From Gammaproteobacteria bacterium (GTDB taxonomy: Bacteria; Pseudomonadota; Gammaproteobacteria; BMS3Bbin11), in contig JAADJE010000112.1 in NCBI GenBank assembly GCA_013150915.1, positions 318 through 64,317 on the forward strand: a DNA stretch of 64,000 nucleotides, read 5' to 3'. The notes under the pieces are model-generated. The model made no database searches. It saw only the letters and a program-made list of their open reading frames with translations, and was not told the origin of the DNA. This document shows, piece after piece, positions 9,971 through 20,836 of the stretch (positions are counted from its first letter, which is position 1; each line of letters starts with the position of its first letter). The position numbers and the translations under genes were made by a program.

Positions 9971-12112
9971 TTGTACCGCCATATCGTGATGGATATCAAC
10001 GATTCAAAATACTACATAAATCGTGAACTCAGTCTGCTGCAGTTTAATTCCCGTGTGCTTGCACAGGCCCGTGATGCAGAGACGCCTCTGTTAGAGCGCC
10101 TCAAGTTTCTTTGCATTTCATGCAGCAATCTGGATGAGTTCTTTGAGATCAGAGTTGCCCGCTTAAAAGAGTTTTCAAAGCACGGTATTTCTACCACAGG
10201 CGCTGACGGTTTGTTGCCAAAGGATGCGCTGCAAAAGATCACCGAAGAAGCGCATCACCTGGTCAGGATGCAGTACTATGTGCTGAATAAAGAATTGGTT
10301 CCAGCATTGTCCAGGGAAGGTATCAATTTCATTCGCAGGGATCACTGGACAGATGCACAGAAAAAATGGGTAAAGGATTTTTTTACTAATGAGATTTTTC
10401 CTGTCTTGAGTCCGGTTGGACTAGATCCCTCGCACCCTTTTCCGCCCGTTATTAATAAGAGTTTGAACTTCATTGTTTCGCTGGAGGGCCTGGATGCCTT
10501 TGGCCGTGATACAGACCATGCGATAGTTACAGCGCCACGATCTCTACCCCGTGTTATCCATTTTCCTGCTGAGGTTGCCAGCGGTGATACTGATCTGGTT
10601 TTTTTGTCATCAATACTGCATCAACATGTTGATTCCCTGTTTCCGGGAATGGAAGTCACTGGCTGCTTCCAGTTCAGGGTAACCCGCAACAGCAACCTAT
10701 TTGTTGATGAGGAAGAATCTAATGATCTGATGGATGCACTGGAAGGTGAGCTGCCGACCCGTAATTTTGGCGACAGCGTACGCCTGGAAGTAGCCGATAA
10801 TTGCTCTGATGAACTGGTCAAGTTACTGCAGGAAAAATTTTTATTGAATGATGATGATTTGTACAGGGTTAACGGCCCGGTGAACCTTAATCGCTTAATC
10901 GCTGTGCCGGCGATGATCGACCGCCCGGAACTGAAATATCGCAATTTTACCCCGGGTAATATATTCGAGACCCCGGTATCAGATTCATTTTTTCGTGTAC
11001 TCAAACCGAATCAAAAAACACACAGCAGACCGAGCCTGTTTGATGCCATCAGGAAGAAAGATCTTCTATTGCATCACCCCTATCAGAGTTTTGTACCGGT
11101 GATTGACTTTGTGAGGGAGGCATCAAAAGACCCCAAAGTATTGTCCATCAAACAGACCCTGTATCGAACCGACAGGGATTCAGAAATAGTCCAGGCCTTG
11201 ATCAACGCCGCATTGGCGGGTAAGGATGTCACGGCAGTTGTTGAACTGAAAGCGCGTTTTGATGAAGATGCCAACATCAAGGTAGCCAACCGCATGCTAC
11301 GTGCCGGCGTACAGGTAGTTTATGGTGTAGTGGGACATAAAACACATGCCAAGATGATTCTTGTGGTCCGTAAGGAGGAGGACGGTCTGCATAATTATAC
11401 CCATCTCAGTACAGGGAATTACCATGCAGGGACGGCACGAACCTACACAGACTTCGGGATTATTAGCGCGCGCCCGGAAATCGCCGAGGATGTTCAGAGG
11501 ATATTTCTACAGCTTACCGGTCTGGGTAAGTTTTCGGGCCTGAACAAAATACTGCAGGCGCCGTTTACTCTGCATGAGAATATAATTGCTAAAATTAACC
11601 GTGAGGCTAAAAATGCAAGGGAGGGCAGGCCAGCAGCGATCATCGCAAAAATGAATTCGCTCCAGGAATTCGATGTCATGAAGGCGCTTTATGAGGCGTC
11701 AATGGCGGGTGTCAGCATAGACCTTATTATTAGGGGGATATGCGGTATACGACCAGGGATCAAGGGATTGTCTGAAAATATCCGTGTACGCTCAATCGTT
11801 GGCCGTTTTCTCGAGCACCATCGAATCTTCTGTTTTGAGAATGGTGGAAACAGGGAGTTGTATATCTCCAGTGCGGATTGGCTGGACAGGAACTTCTTCC
11901 GCCGTGTGGAAACCTGTACACCCATAGAAGATGAAGAGCTGAAGTCTCTGGTTTATCGGCATGGACTCGAGGTCTATCTGAAAGATAATATTAATGCATG
12001 GCAACTCGATGAAGAGGGCAATTATAGTCGTGTCGAGCCAGAAAAGGGCGAAGAAGGGTTTTCTGCTCAGCAATATCTGCTGGATACCCTGGCGCTACGT
12101 GAAAAACATTAA
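9971..12112 (+). CDS. ppk: Polyphosphate kinase 1
   Basis: INRELSLLQFNSRVL, VVELKARFDEDANI, HKTHAKMILVVR, PLD-like HxK motifs. 713 aa. Confidence 0.93.
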   Translation: MYRHIVMDINDSKYYINRELSLLQFNSRVLAQARDAETPLLERLKFLCISCSNLDEFFEIRVARLKEFSKHGISTTGADGLLPKDALQKITEEAHHLVRMQYYVLNKELVPALSREGINFIRRDHWTDAQKKWVKDFFTNEIFPVLSPVGLDPSHPFPPVINKSLNFIVSLEGLDAFGRDTDHAIVTAPRSLPRVIHFPAEVASGDTDLVFLSSILHQHVDSLFPGMEVTGCFQFRVTRNSNLFVDEEESNDLMDALEGELPTRNFGDSVRLEVADNCSDELVKLLQEKFLLNDDDLYRVNGPVNLNRLIAVPAMIDRPELKYRNFTPGNIFETPVSDSFFRVLKPNQKTHSRPSLFDAIRKKDLLLHHPYQSFVPVIDFVREASKDPKVLSIKQTLYRTDRDSEIVQALINAALAGKDVTAVVELKARFDEDANIKVANRMLRAGVQVVYGVVGHKTHAKMILVVRKEEDGLHNYTHLSTGNYHAGTARTYTDFGIISARPEIAEDVQRIFLQLTGLGKFSGLNKILQAPFTLHENIIAKINREAKNAREGRPAAIIAKMNSLQEFDVMKALYEASMAGVSIDLIIRGICGIRPGIKGLSENIRVRSIVGRFLEHHRIFCFENGGNRELYISSADWLDRNFFRRVETCTPIEDEELKSLVYRHGLEVYLKDNINAWQLDEEGNYSRVEPEKGEEGFSAQQYLLDTLALREKH

Positions 12113-12187
12113 GGAATCTCTGACGTGTCTGGACGAAGTAGATTTGATCCAAACTCTACAGGTTTGTGACCACAGGAAATACTGTGA

Positions 12188-13074
<887 letters not shown>

Positions 13075-13075
<1 letters not shown>

Positions 13076-13113
13076 AAGTAAAAAGTTAAAAGTTAAAAGT
13101 TAAAAGTTAAAAG
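13075..13113. repeat. (AAAAGTT)n heptanucleotide tandem repeat, about 5.5 copies
   Basis: Read directly; begins at the dapB stop codon. Confidence 0.9.
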
Positions 13114-13178
13114 GAAACAATCTTGCGAGCTTTGAGCTTTCCCTTGCATTAGACCGACCGGTCAACTATATTCAACAC

Positions 13179-13784
13179 ATGAACAGTACCAACGGTACCC
13201 GTGAAAGAATCATAGAAGTCGCCAAGTCACGCTTCCATAATCGCAGCTATGCCGATGTGGGCATTAGGGAAATCTGTGATATGGCATCAATACAGAAGGG
13301 TAGCTTTTATCATTTCTTTCCTTCCAAGCGGGATCTGGTTCTGGCTGTTATTGATAATTTTGCCTTAGACTGGGCAAACGGATTCGTCGCTGAGGCCTTT
13401 GATCCGCTACTTCCTCCAATGGAGAGAATTGATTATGTCATTGATGCTGCGTATTTCTGGCAAAGATCCAGTAAAGAACTGAATGGTCATATTCCGGGCT
13501 GCCTGTTTGGCAACCTGGCGCTTGAAGTCAGTACCCAGGATGATGTCCTACGTGCCAAACTCAATGCTGTATTTATTTCAGCAAAAGACCGTTTCAAAGA
13601 CACACTGGATGAGGCAATAGAACAGGGTATTATTCCTCCGTTAGACAGCGAGTTTACTGCTGAGGCAATGCTTGCCTATCTAGAAGGCATGATCTTACTC
13701 GCCAAGGCAAAGAACGACCCTGAAGTGATTTATCGCCTTGGTTCTGCGCTAAAAAATATTCGTATTGAGTTGAACACACATTAA
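13179..13784 (+). CDS. TetR/AcrR-family transcriptional regulator
   Basis: N-terminal HTH IIEVAKSRFHNRSYADVGIREICDMASIQKGSFYHFFPSKRDL; 201 aa. Confidence 0.85.
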   Translation: MNSTNGTRERIIEVAKSRFHNRSYADVGIREICDMASIQKGSFYHFFPSKRDLVLAVIDNFALDWANGFVAEAFDPLLPPMERIDYVIDAAYFWQRSSKELNGHIPGCLFGNLALEVSTQDDVLRAKLNAVFISAKDRFKDTLDEAIEQGIIPPLDSEFTAEAMLAYLEGMILLAKAKNDPEVIYRLGSALKNIRIELNTH

Positions 13785-13810
13785 ATAGAGGGATCCAAAA
13801 GGAGACACTC

Positions 13811-14413
13811 ATGGGAAATACAGCAAAGGTAGTACAGGAGCCAGCGATGGATAGGAACCTGTTTAATAAATGGTTTGACGACCGTATGGCTGAGCGCGAA
13901 GCAGCACATGTGCCGTCAATGACCATCATTGCAACCAAGGGAACGCTGGATATGGCGTATCCACCGTTTATTTTATCTTCAACAGCCGCCGCCATGGGCT
14001 GGGATGTATCGGTATTTTTTACCTTCTATGGTCTTAATCTGCTGAAAAAAGACCTGGATCTTGAGATTAGCCCCCTCGGTAATCCAGCCATGCCAATGAA
14101 AATGCCGGTGGGTCCAGAATGGTTGCGTAAGATGAATATGAATATTCCAAATACCATTATGGCAAATGTACCGGGGTTTGAAAAAATGGCTAGCGGTATG
14201 ATGAAAAAGACGATGAAAGACAAGGGGGTGGCGACTATCGAAGAGCTGCGTTCTCTGTGTCTTGAAGCTGACGTAAAACTGTTGGCCTGTCAAATGACGG
14301 TTGATTTATTCACTATGGATCAAAGTGAATTTATTCCTGAAATTCAGGACTGGATCGGTGCAGCCAGTTTTCTGCCTACGGCACAGAAGGCAGATGTCAG
14401 TTTATTCATCTGA
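13811..14413 (+). CDS. DsrE/DsrF/DrsH-like family protein (DsrE2-type, peroxiredoxin-like fold)
   Basis: MTIIATKGTLDMAYPPFILSSTAAAMG...FFTFYGL matches the conserved N-terminal pattern of the DsrE2-like family. Follows the TetR gene. Confidence 0.55.
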   Translation: MGNTAKVVQEPAMDRNLFNKWFDDRMAEREAAHVPSMTIIATKGTLDMAYPPFILSSTAAAMGWDVSVFFTFYGLNLLKKDLDLEISPLGNPAMPMKMPVGPEWLRKMNMNIPNTIMANVPGFEKMASGMMKKTMKDKGVATIEELRSLCLEADVKLLACQMTVDLFTMDQSEFIPEIQDWIGAASFLPTAQKADVSLFI

Positions 14414-14994
14414 TAATTTGTGTCGTGTCGTGCCCCTTGTGATGTAGCAACAGATGGCTCCTTCTCTTACGCGCCGCATTTCAACGGCGTGAGCAGTTGC
14501 CATTATACTGTCAGAGTGCGCCTGGAATACGATCCTTGCTTCGATATGACAGTTTATGCATTATAATCAGAATTAACAGAGCAGCCATTAACTTGAGATG
14601 GATCAAATAATTTTGTTTGAAAAGACATGAAAAGTAGCTTACTGGGGAAAATGGATAATTTATTATTTAGTATAAACAATATGTTAGTGATATCATTTTT
14701 GAATGAAAGTATGGTTTGAAGTGTATTATTTTCATGCTAGAATTGTGCGGGTTCTATCAATATATTTAGAATCTCGGGCATTCTGACACCCGTTGATATG
14801 GGATTCCCCTGTTCAACCCGGGTTAAGAATAAAAAGTATTACGGAAAATTGGTACGTGTGCCTAAAGCCAGTCTACAGTGATGCTAGTGTCTGTGTGGTG
14901 AATAGCCAGGTTTTTATAAAAAATATAACAAATAGATTTAAACTAAAACGTTCATTCTCAATAATCGTTCATTATTAATTTACAAGGGAAGCAC

Positions 14995-15621
14995 ATGAAA
15001 TATTCAAAAATAGTATTAGTAGCAGCTCTGGGCTTACTGGTTACCATTGCGATGCCTGCACAAGCAGGCAAAAAAAAAGTAAATAATTATGTCAGGAGTG
15101 GTGATGGTTCTCTCGTTAGGGACGGTGAGGGGAAATGCGTGCGGTCTGGTGACAAAACTACAAAACTTCTGGAAGAATGTGGTTATAAAAAGAAAAAAGC
15201 GGCTATAAAAAAAGCACCTGTGATAGCTGCTCCTGAAATTGTAAAGGACACAGTTCTAGAGCATATCGTCGTCAACAACATTCAGTTTTCTTTTGATAGT
15301 GACGTCCTGTCTTCTGATGACAAGGCGATACTTGATGATGTAGCAAGCCGTCTTGCACCTTATAAAGAAAAGTTAAAAAAGGGAACAAGCCACATAAATA
15401 TTACCGGTTACACTGATAGCTCAGGTCCAGAAGCTTACAATATGAAATTATCACAGCGACGCGCAAACGTTGTTGCAGACTACCTGGCTGAGAACCACGG
15501 TGCTGATCGTAACAGTATGAATGTTACCGGTAAGGGCGAAGCAAACCCGGTTGCTGATAACAGTACACGTGCAGGCCGTATTCGTAACCGTCGTGTAGAA
15601 GTTGATGTAGTTCAAAATTAA
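14995..15621 (+). CDS. OmpA-family peptidoglycan-associated protein with signal peptide
   Basis: Signal peptide, Lys-rich linker, then OmpA-C: NIQFSFDSDVL, ITGYTDSSGPEAYNMKLSQRRANVVADYL, RNRRVEV. Confidence 0.85.
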   Translation: MKYSKIVLVAALGLLVTIAMPAQAGKKKVNNYVRSGDGSLVRDGEGKCVRSGDKTTKLLEECGYKKKKAAIKKAPVIAAPEIVKDTVLEHIVVNNIQFSFDSDVLSSDDKAILDDVASRLAPYKEKLKKGTSHINITGYTDSSGPEAYNMKLSQRRANVVADYLAENHGADRNSMNVTGKGEANPVADNSTRAGRIRNRRVEVDVVQN

Positions 15622-15656
15622 GTATTAAATAATCTACTACACATAATCGATAGCTG

Positions 15657-15690
15657 GACGATCCGTAGAAATACGGGTCGTTTTTTTATC
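15657..15690 (+). terminator. Rho-independent terminator after the ompA-family gene
   Basis: GACGATCCGTA-gaaa-TACGGGTCG hairpin followed by TTTTTTT. Confidence 0.75.
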
Positions 15691-16054
15691 TGGATTGACC
15701 GTAATAGAGCCACCCCAAATGCGCTATCACCCACAAGGTCTGCAACAATTAATCCAGGGGACCTCCGATTCATTCAAAAAACCCATCATTGCACCCTCCG
15801 GGCATCTCCTGCAGGAGGATGACTACACCCTCCTCAACACCACGAGCGTCAAGGCCTGGCAATCTCATGTAATATAATCAAGTACTTAGCGTTTTATTCA
15901 CCACTATGTTCCCCACAATGGTGAATGAATCAGAGGTTCCCAGGACAAACGATTGGGCCAACGCTGATGAGAAGAACTCCCTTATGACTGATTGCTTATG
16001 CAGGTAAGGCGCATTACAGTAGCAGGCTTCTGGCAGGATATAATGATATGTAAT

Positions 16055-19000
16055 ATGCCTGAGTTACTGAAACCTTTCACGCAGTTGCGGGTACATCCAT
16101 CCGGTGGATTCTTTACTGGCAGGATGAGTTTGCAGCTGAGTATCAGCAGTTTGCTGACTGTCCTGTTAGTTGTACTTGGCGGTGCGATCACCGGGTATAC
16201 CTACGAAGGTCAGAAAAAAGAAACGCTGCAATCAACCGGCGTTATTTTCAAACGTGCAGCCGAACAAACTTCACAAAGCCTGAAGGCGCTGATGGAACCG
16301 GTGGGAAATTTCATCAGCCTGTCAACACAGCTTGAAAAGATCAGCGGCGGTCGTCAACAGCGTCTCGATCTTCTACCCTATTTTGTCCAGGCATTACGTA
16401 ATACACGCTGGCTGGCTAATGTCTCTGTGGGCTATTCGAATGGTGACTTTATTGTTATCTGGGCCTTACGCGGCAATGAACTGTTGAGCAGACAGACTGC
16501 TGCACCAAAGAAAGCGGCTTATCTGGTCAAACTGATCGAACGAAACCCGGGTAAATTAGCTTTAGAACGTTATCTCTACTACGACGAAAAACTTACACTG
16601 ATCAGTGAAAATGATCGCTTTTTATCGGGCTATGATCCACGCACGCGGCCATGGTACAAGCAGGCCATAAATAGTGACTACCAAATACGTACGGCACCTT
16701 ATCGTTTTGCTTCAACAGGCCAAATGGGAATTACTAGCGCACGCCGATTGGCAAATGGCCTCGGTGTGGTTGCTGCCGATATTGCCCTGGATAGTCTGGC
16801 CAGTGTATTACAGGACCATAAACTAACGGATTCCACACAGGCTGTAATATTCGACGAAAAAGGTACAGTGCTTGTCTATATCGATAATGAGGTCATGTTA
16901 GAGCGGCAGTCACAATTTCTTAAAGGGAGCATCAACGTCCTTGATCTTGAGAGGGATGAGTTATCCGAACTCTATAATGAATCGCTACGCAAGCAATTGG
17001 GTAAGGGGAACATCATCAATACTGAACAGGGGGAATGGTTCAGTATTGTCTCGGATTTATCGGCACACCCAAAACGGCGTACCTACTTGGCCATTGCTAC
17101 TCCTGTCAGAGAACTCACCACAAATGCCCGTGCCATGGCACGCGAAAATTTGATATTAGCAGGTTTCGTTATCCTGATTGCGATCTTCCTGGGGCTGTAT
17201 GTTACGCGCCGCATCGCTGGTTCTCTGCACACACTCGATCAGCAGGCTGAACGTATACGTGATTTTGATTTTGATACTGCGGTACATGTCAATTCCCGTA
17301 TCAGGGAAGTAAGCAGTCTTGCCAGCACGATGACGGTAATGAAAACAGTCATACAGCGCTTTATAGAAATTGCCCGCTCACTATCTGCCGAGCAAAAAAT
17401 AGAACGTGTACTGGAACTCATCCTACAGGATGCCATGACCGTCACCAATGCGGACGGTGGCAGCATTGCACTGCTCAGTGATGACAATACACAACTTGAA
17501 TATGCCCTGGTGCGTAATGATGAAATCGCAATACACATCGGAGGAACAAGTCAGTCACCCATTGATATCGACCCCATCCTAATCAACGATGAGAATAATA
17601 TTCATGCTGAGTTATATGTGTTACAGACGAAGAACCCTGTTTCTGTTGACAACATTAACGAGAATAGAGTGCTTGATTTCAGCAGTGTAAGGAAACGTCA
17701 TCAGTCCGGTGATTACCTGTGTAAATCCTATCTCGCACTGCCATTACTCAATAGACAGAAAGAAGTTATCGGCGTATTACAGCTTGTTAATTCCCGAGAC
17801 CGCCATAGCAAGGAAATCACCGGTTTTGACCATGCCTACCGGGCCTATGTTCATGCGCTGGCATCAAATGCCGCACTGGCACTGGATAACAATCGACTAA
17901 TACGGGCGCAAAAAGATTTATTTGATTCCTTCGTGCAGTTGATTGCCGGGGCAATCGATACCAAGTCACCCTACACGGGGGGGCATTGCCAGCGCGTGCC
18001 GGTACTGGCCGAACTGCTTGCCAACGAAGCATCGCGATCCAGGCTCGAAGCTTTCAGGGACTTTAGCCTGTCGGAAGACGAAACCTACGAACTTTATGTT
18101 GCCTCCTGGCTGCACGACTGCGGCAAGGTTACGACACCGGAGTACATCGTCGACAAGGCGACAAAGCTGGAGACTATATACAACCGTATCCACGAAATCC
18201 GTATGCGCTTTGAGGTGCTGTGGCGCGATGCAGAAATCGCTTATCGTGATGGGCTTGCAGAACATCCTGGTGATAAAAAAAAGCTGCGTAAGGGGCTGAA
18301 AGACCATCAGCTGCAATTACAGGAAGACTTTGTCTTCGTCGCCAGTTGCAACGTGGGCAGTGAGTGTATGAATCCCGATCATATGCAACGTATCAGAGAG
18401 ATAGCCAGTCAAACCTGGGTGCGCCATTTTGATGATCGTATCGGGCTATCTGAGGATGAAGTTCAGCTGCGTAAGGACGTGCCACCGGTAAATGCCCCGG
18501 CTGATGAGCAATTGCTGGCGGACAGGCCGGAGCATCTTATTCCGCGTACCGATGGGGGCAGGCCCTTTGGTGATAACCCCTATGCTTTCAAAATGGATGT
18601 CCCTGACTATGTTTACAATCTGGGTGAGGTCACAAACCTGTGCATCGCAGCAGGAACGCTTACCGATGAAGACCGTTTTAAGATCAATGACCATATCGTG
18701 CAGACCATTATCATGCTCAATAAACTGCCGTTCCCGAAGGCACTTAAACATGTACCGGAGTGGGCTGGCAACCATCACGAAAAACTGGACGGTACCGGCT
18801 ATCCAAGAAAACTGAAAGCTGAGGATCTTTCAATTCCCGAGCGCGTCATGGGCATTGCAGATATTTTTGAAGCGCTAACAGCTTCAGACCGCCCCTATAA
18901 AAAGGCCAATACATTAAACGAATCAATACAGGTTCTGAGCCTCATGCGTAACGATGGCCATATCTGTCCGGATTTATTCGATCTGTTCCTGACATCTGGC

Positions 19001-19090
19001 ATCTATCTGAAATATGCAGAAGAACACCTGTCACGGGATCAAATCGATGATGTGGATATCAGTAGTTATGTGCGCAACGAACAGAAATGA
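16055..19090 (+). CDS. Membrane c-di-GMP phosphodiesterase: periplasmic Cache-like sensor, TM, HAMP-like, GAF, HD-GYP
   Basis: Two TM segments flank a roughly 320 aa periplasmic domain. There is a GAF-like region. The HD-GYP signature is HDCGK...HHEKLDGTGYPRKL. The ORF track starts at 15992; the true start is probably M22 (16055) or M45 (16124). Confidence 0.8.
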   Translation: MPELLKPFTQLRVHPSGGFFTGRMSLQLSISSLLTVLLVVLGGAITGYTYEGQKKETLQSTGVIFKRAAEQTSQSLKALMEPVGNFISLSTQLEKISGGRQQRLDLLPYFVQALRNTRWLANVSVGYSNGDFIVIWALRGNELLSRQTAAPKKAAYLVKLIERNPGKLALERYLYYDEKLTLISENDRFLSGYDPRTRPWYKQAINSDYQIRTAPYRFASTGQMGITSARRLANGLGVVAADIALDSLASVLQDHKLTDSTQAVIFDEKGTVLVYIDNEVMLERQSQFLKGSINVLDLERDELSELYNESLRKQLGKGNIINTEQGEWFSIVSDLSAHPKRRTYLAIATPVRELTTNARAMARENLILAGFVILIAIFLGLYVTRRIAGSLHTLDQQAERIRDFDFDTAVHVNSRIREVSSLASTMTVMKTVIQRFIEIARSLSAEQKIERVLELILQDAMTVTNADGGSIALLSDDNTQLEYALVRNDEIAIHIGGTSQSPIDIDPILINDENNIHAELYVLQTKNPVSVDNINENRVLDFSSVRKRHQSGDYLCKSYLALPLLNRQKEVIGVLQLVNSRDRHSKEITGFDHAYRAYVHALASNAALALDNNRLIRAQKDLFDSFVQLIAGAIDTKSPYTGGHCQRVPVLAELLANEASRSRLEAFRDFSLSEDETYELYVASWLHDCGKVTTPEYIVDKATKLETIYNRIHEIRMRFEVLWRDAEIAYRDGLAEHPGDKKKLRKGLKDHQLQLQEDFVFVASCNVGSECMNPDHMQRIREIASQTWVRHFDDRIGLSEDEVQLRKDVPPVNAPADEQLLADRPEHLIPRTDGGRPFGDNPYAFKMDVPDYVYNLGEVTNLCIAAGTLTDEDRFKINDHIVQTIIMLNKLPFPKALKHVPEWAGNHHEKLDGTGYPRKLKAEDLSIPERVMGIADIFEALTASDRPYKKANTLNESIQVLSLMRNDGHICPDLFDLFLTSGIYLKYAEEHLSRDQIDDVDISSYVRNEQK

Positions 19091-19170
19091 GGTTGAATGA
19101 AAAGACCCATGCTCTGGATTTACGCTATGTTTTGTCCGGAATACTGTATTTGTTGGGGCAATAAATCATT

Positions 19171-20274
19171 ATGAAAATTACAAACCGACTTGCCGTAGCC
19201 ACTATTCTGTTTGTCAGTGTTGCCCTGGCAAGTACGACATTAACCTGGTTGGCGGCTGAACGAGTTCGAAGTGATACATTTGCCAGCAAGAAAAGACTTC
19301 TGTTATCCGAACTTGAGTCGCGCCGCCTTCGTGTGGTGAATTACCTGGAGCAGGTCACGAATGATTTACGCATTATGGCTGGTTCACGTTTTGTCCAGCA
19401 TGCCTTGATCGATTTCGCAAAGGCCTTCAATAATACCGGGGGAAATGCAGAAAAAACACTGCAGCGTTTATACATAGAGGAAAATCCAAATCCTGTTGGC
19501 AGAAAACACCTGCTTATCATGGCCCGGGATGGCTCCTCATACAGTGCACTGCACCAGGAATATCACGACTGGACCAGCAGCATTGCCAAGGTACGTGACT
19601 ACTACGATATCTTCCTCGTCGATCCCCAGGGGAACATAGTCTATACCGTTTTCAAGGAAGACGACTTCGCTACAAATCTTTTCAATGGTAAGTACAAAGA
19701 CACCGAACTGGCACAGGTCTTTTCTGATGTAGCAGCCAGGCCTCAAACAGGTGAAATTTATGCTCGCGACTTTGTCCGCTACGCGCCAAGCCAAAATAAA
19801 CCTGCCTCTTTTTTCGGTACTGCGGTCAACTATGAAGGTGAATTTGTTGGTGCCATCGTCGTACAACTAAAACCAGAACCTTTCAACCGTATCATGCATT
19901 TTTCACGCAGCATGGGAGAGAGTGGCAAGACCTATATTGTTGGTAAGGACAAACTACTTCGCACGCGATCACGTTTCAGTGAAGAGGATGCTGTTCTCAG
20001 AACAAAGGTCGATACAAAATCCAGTAACGCAGCCCTGGAAGGACGAAATGGTATCTGGATCATTAATGACTATCGTGGTGTACCAGTACTATCCGCCTAC
20101 GCACCCATACAGGGGGAACGCACTACATGGGCCGTACTGGCCGAAATCGATGTAGATGAAGTGACATCAGAATCAGACGATCTTATTCTGATGATGGTGC
20201 TGGTCTCCGTGATCGCATCCACACTTGCATTCCTGCTTGGTTGGTTGCTGGCTGGGCGAGATGAGGAGAGCTAA
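19171..20274 (+). CDS. Sensor-only double-Cache-like membrane protein (TM, about 300 aa periplasmic domain, TM, no output domain)
   Basis: N-terminal TM (AVATILFVSVALAS), C-terminal TM (LILMMVLVSVIASTLAFLLGWLLAG), then only RDEES. The periplasmic part resembles the sensor of the upstream HD-GYP protein. Confidence 0.6.
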   Translation: MKITNRLAVATILFVSVALASTTLTWLAAERVRSDTFASKKRLLLSELESRRLRVVNYLEQVTNDLRIMAGSRFVQHALIDFAKAFNNTGGNAEKTLQRLYIEENPNPVGRKHLLIMARDGSSYSALHQEYHDWTSSIAKVRDYYDIFLVDPQGNIVYTVFKEDDFATNLFNGKYKDTELAQVFSDVAARPQTGEIYARDFVRYAPSQNKPASFFGTAVNYEGEFVGAIVVQLKPEPFNRIMHFSRSMGESGKTYIVGKDKLLRTRSRFSEEDAVLRTKVDTKSSNAALEGRNGIWIINDYRGVPVLSAYAPIQGERTTWAVLAEIDVDEVTSESDDLILMMVLVSVIASTLAFLLGWLLAGRDEES

Positions 20275-20529
20275 CTAACTCGCAATACTCTGATCATTCG
20301 GTGCCAACATTAGAATTAACGCCTGTGCATGCTCTGCCGCTTTTCTACCGATGTCGGTTAGATAGCCGCCATCGATTTGTGTAACCAGACCTTTTTCAAA
20401 TAAACGTTTTACGGCTTCTACGTGTGCTGTGTTGGCGCTTGAATGCACCTTGATGCCTTGCTGGGTCGTAGCCAGGTTGTAGCGAATAAGAATATCAATT
20501 TCAGCGATTTGCTCTTTCGAGTAGTGCAT
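20275..20529 (-). CDS. Small conserved hypothetical protein (84 aa)
   Basis: Clean ORF MHYSKEQIAEIDILIRYNLATTQQGIKVHSS..., no recognisable domain from sequence alone. Confidence 0.4.
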   Translation of the reverse strand: MHYSKEQIAEIDILIRYNLATTQQGIKVHSSANTAHVEAVKRLFEKGLVTQIDGGYLTDIGRKAAEHAQALILMLAPNDQSIAS

Positions 20530-20611
20530 AGCTTTACCTTTCCGCCTTGATTAATGCAGGGTGGGAACCATAGAGGCGTCCTGTGATATTACATGATATT
20601 AGTTATTGACG

Positions 20612-20625
20612 TTACCCGGGTAACT
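20612..20625. promoter_or_regulatory. Perfect 14 bp palindrome GTTACCCGGGTAAC in the divergent promoter region
   Basis: Read directly; between the 84 aa gene (-) and the PAS-LuxR gene (+). Confidence 0.4.
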
Positions 20626-20836
20626 ATTTTTTCCGATTACTCAGTTTTCGTGCCCAGGCAGTTGTTTGGCTGCGCATGAGGCTATAAAGTTGTTCCTTGA
20701 GGCGGTTGTCTCCCCGAGTCTGAGGGGTAGGGTTTTTGCTGTCTTTTTTTAATTGTCGCCTACCGTGCCTCCGTTTCTGATATTCCTTGACCTGTGTCCC
20801 CCACATATGTTTTATAGTAGCTCGAAGCATGCTCTA

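Noticed and set aside
10621-11004. 127 aa minus-strand ORF (and similar at 12517-12981)
   Set aside because: Antisense within ppk and dapB respectively; Ser-rich, no start-site signals.
15992-16054. N-terminal extension of the HD-GYP ORF (MLMQVRRITVAGFWQDIMICN)
   Set aside because: Overlaps an opposite-strand ORF and precedes the first plausible TM. An internal start is more likely, though not proven.
20624-20830. 68 aa basic minus-strand ORF (MLRATIKHMWG...)
   Set aside because: Lys/Arg-rich low complexity, overlapping the PAS-LuxR upstream region. No RBS.
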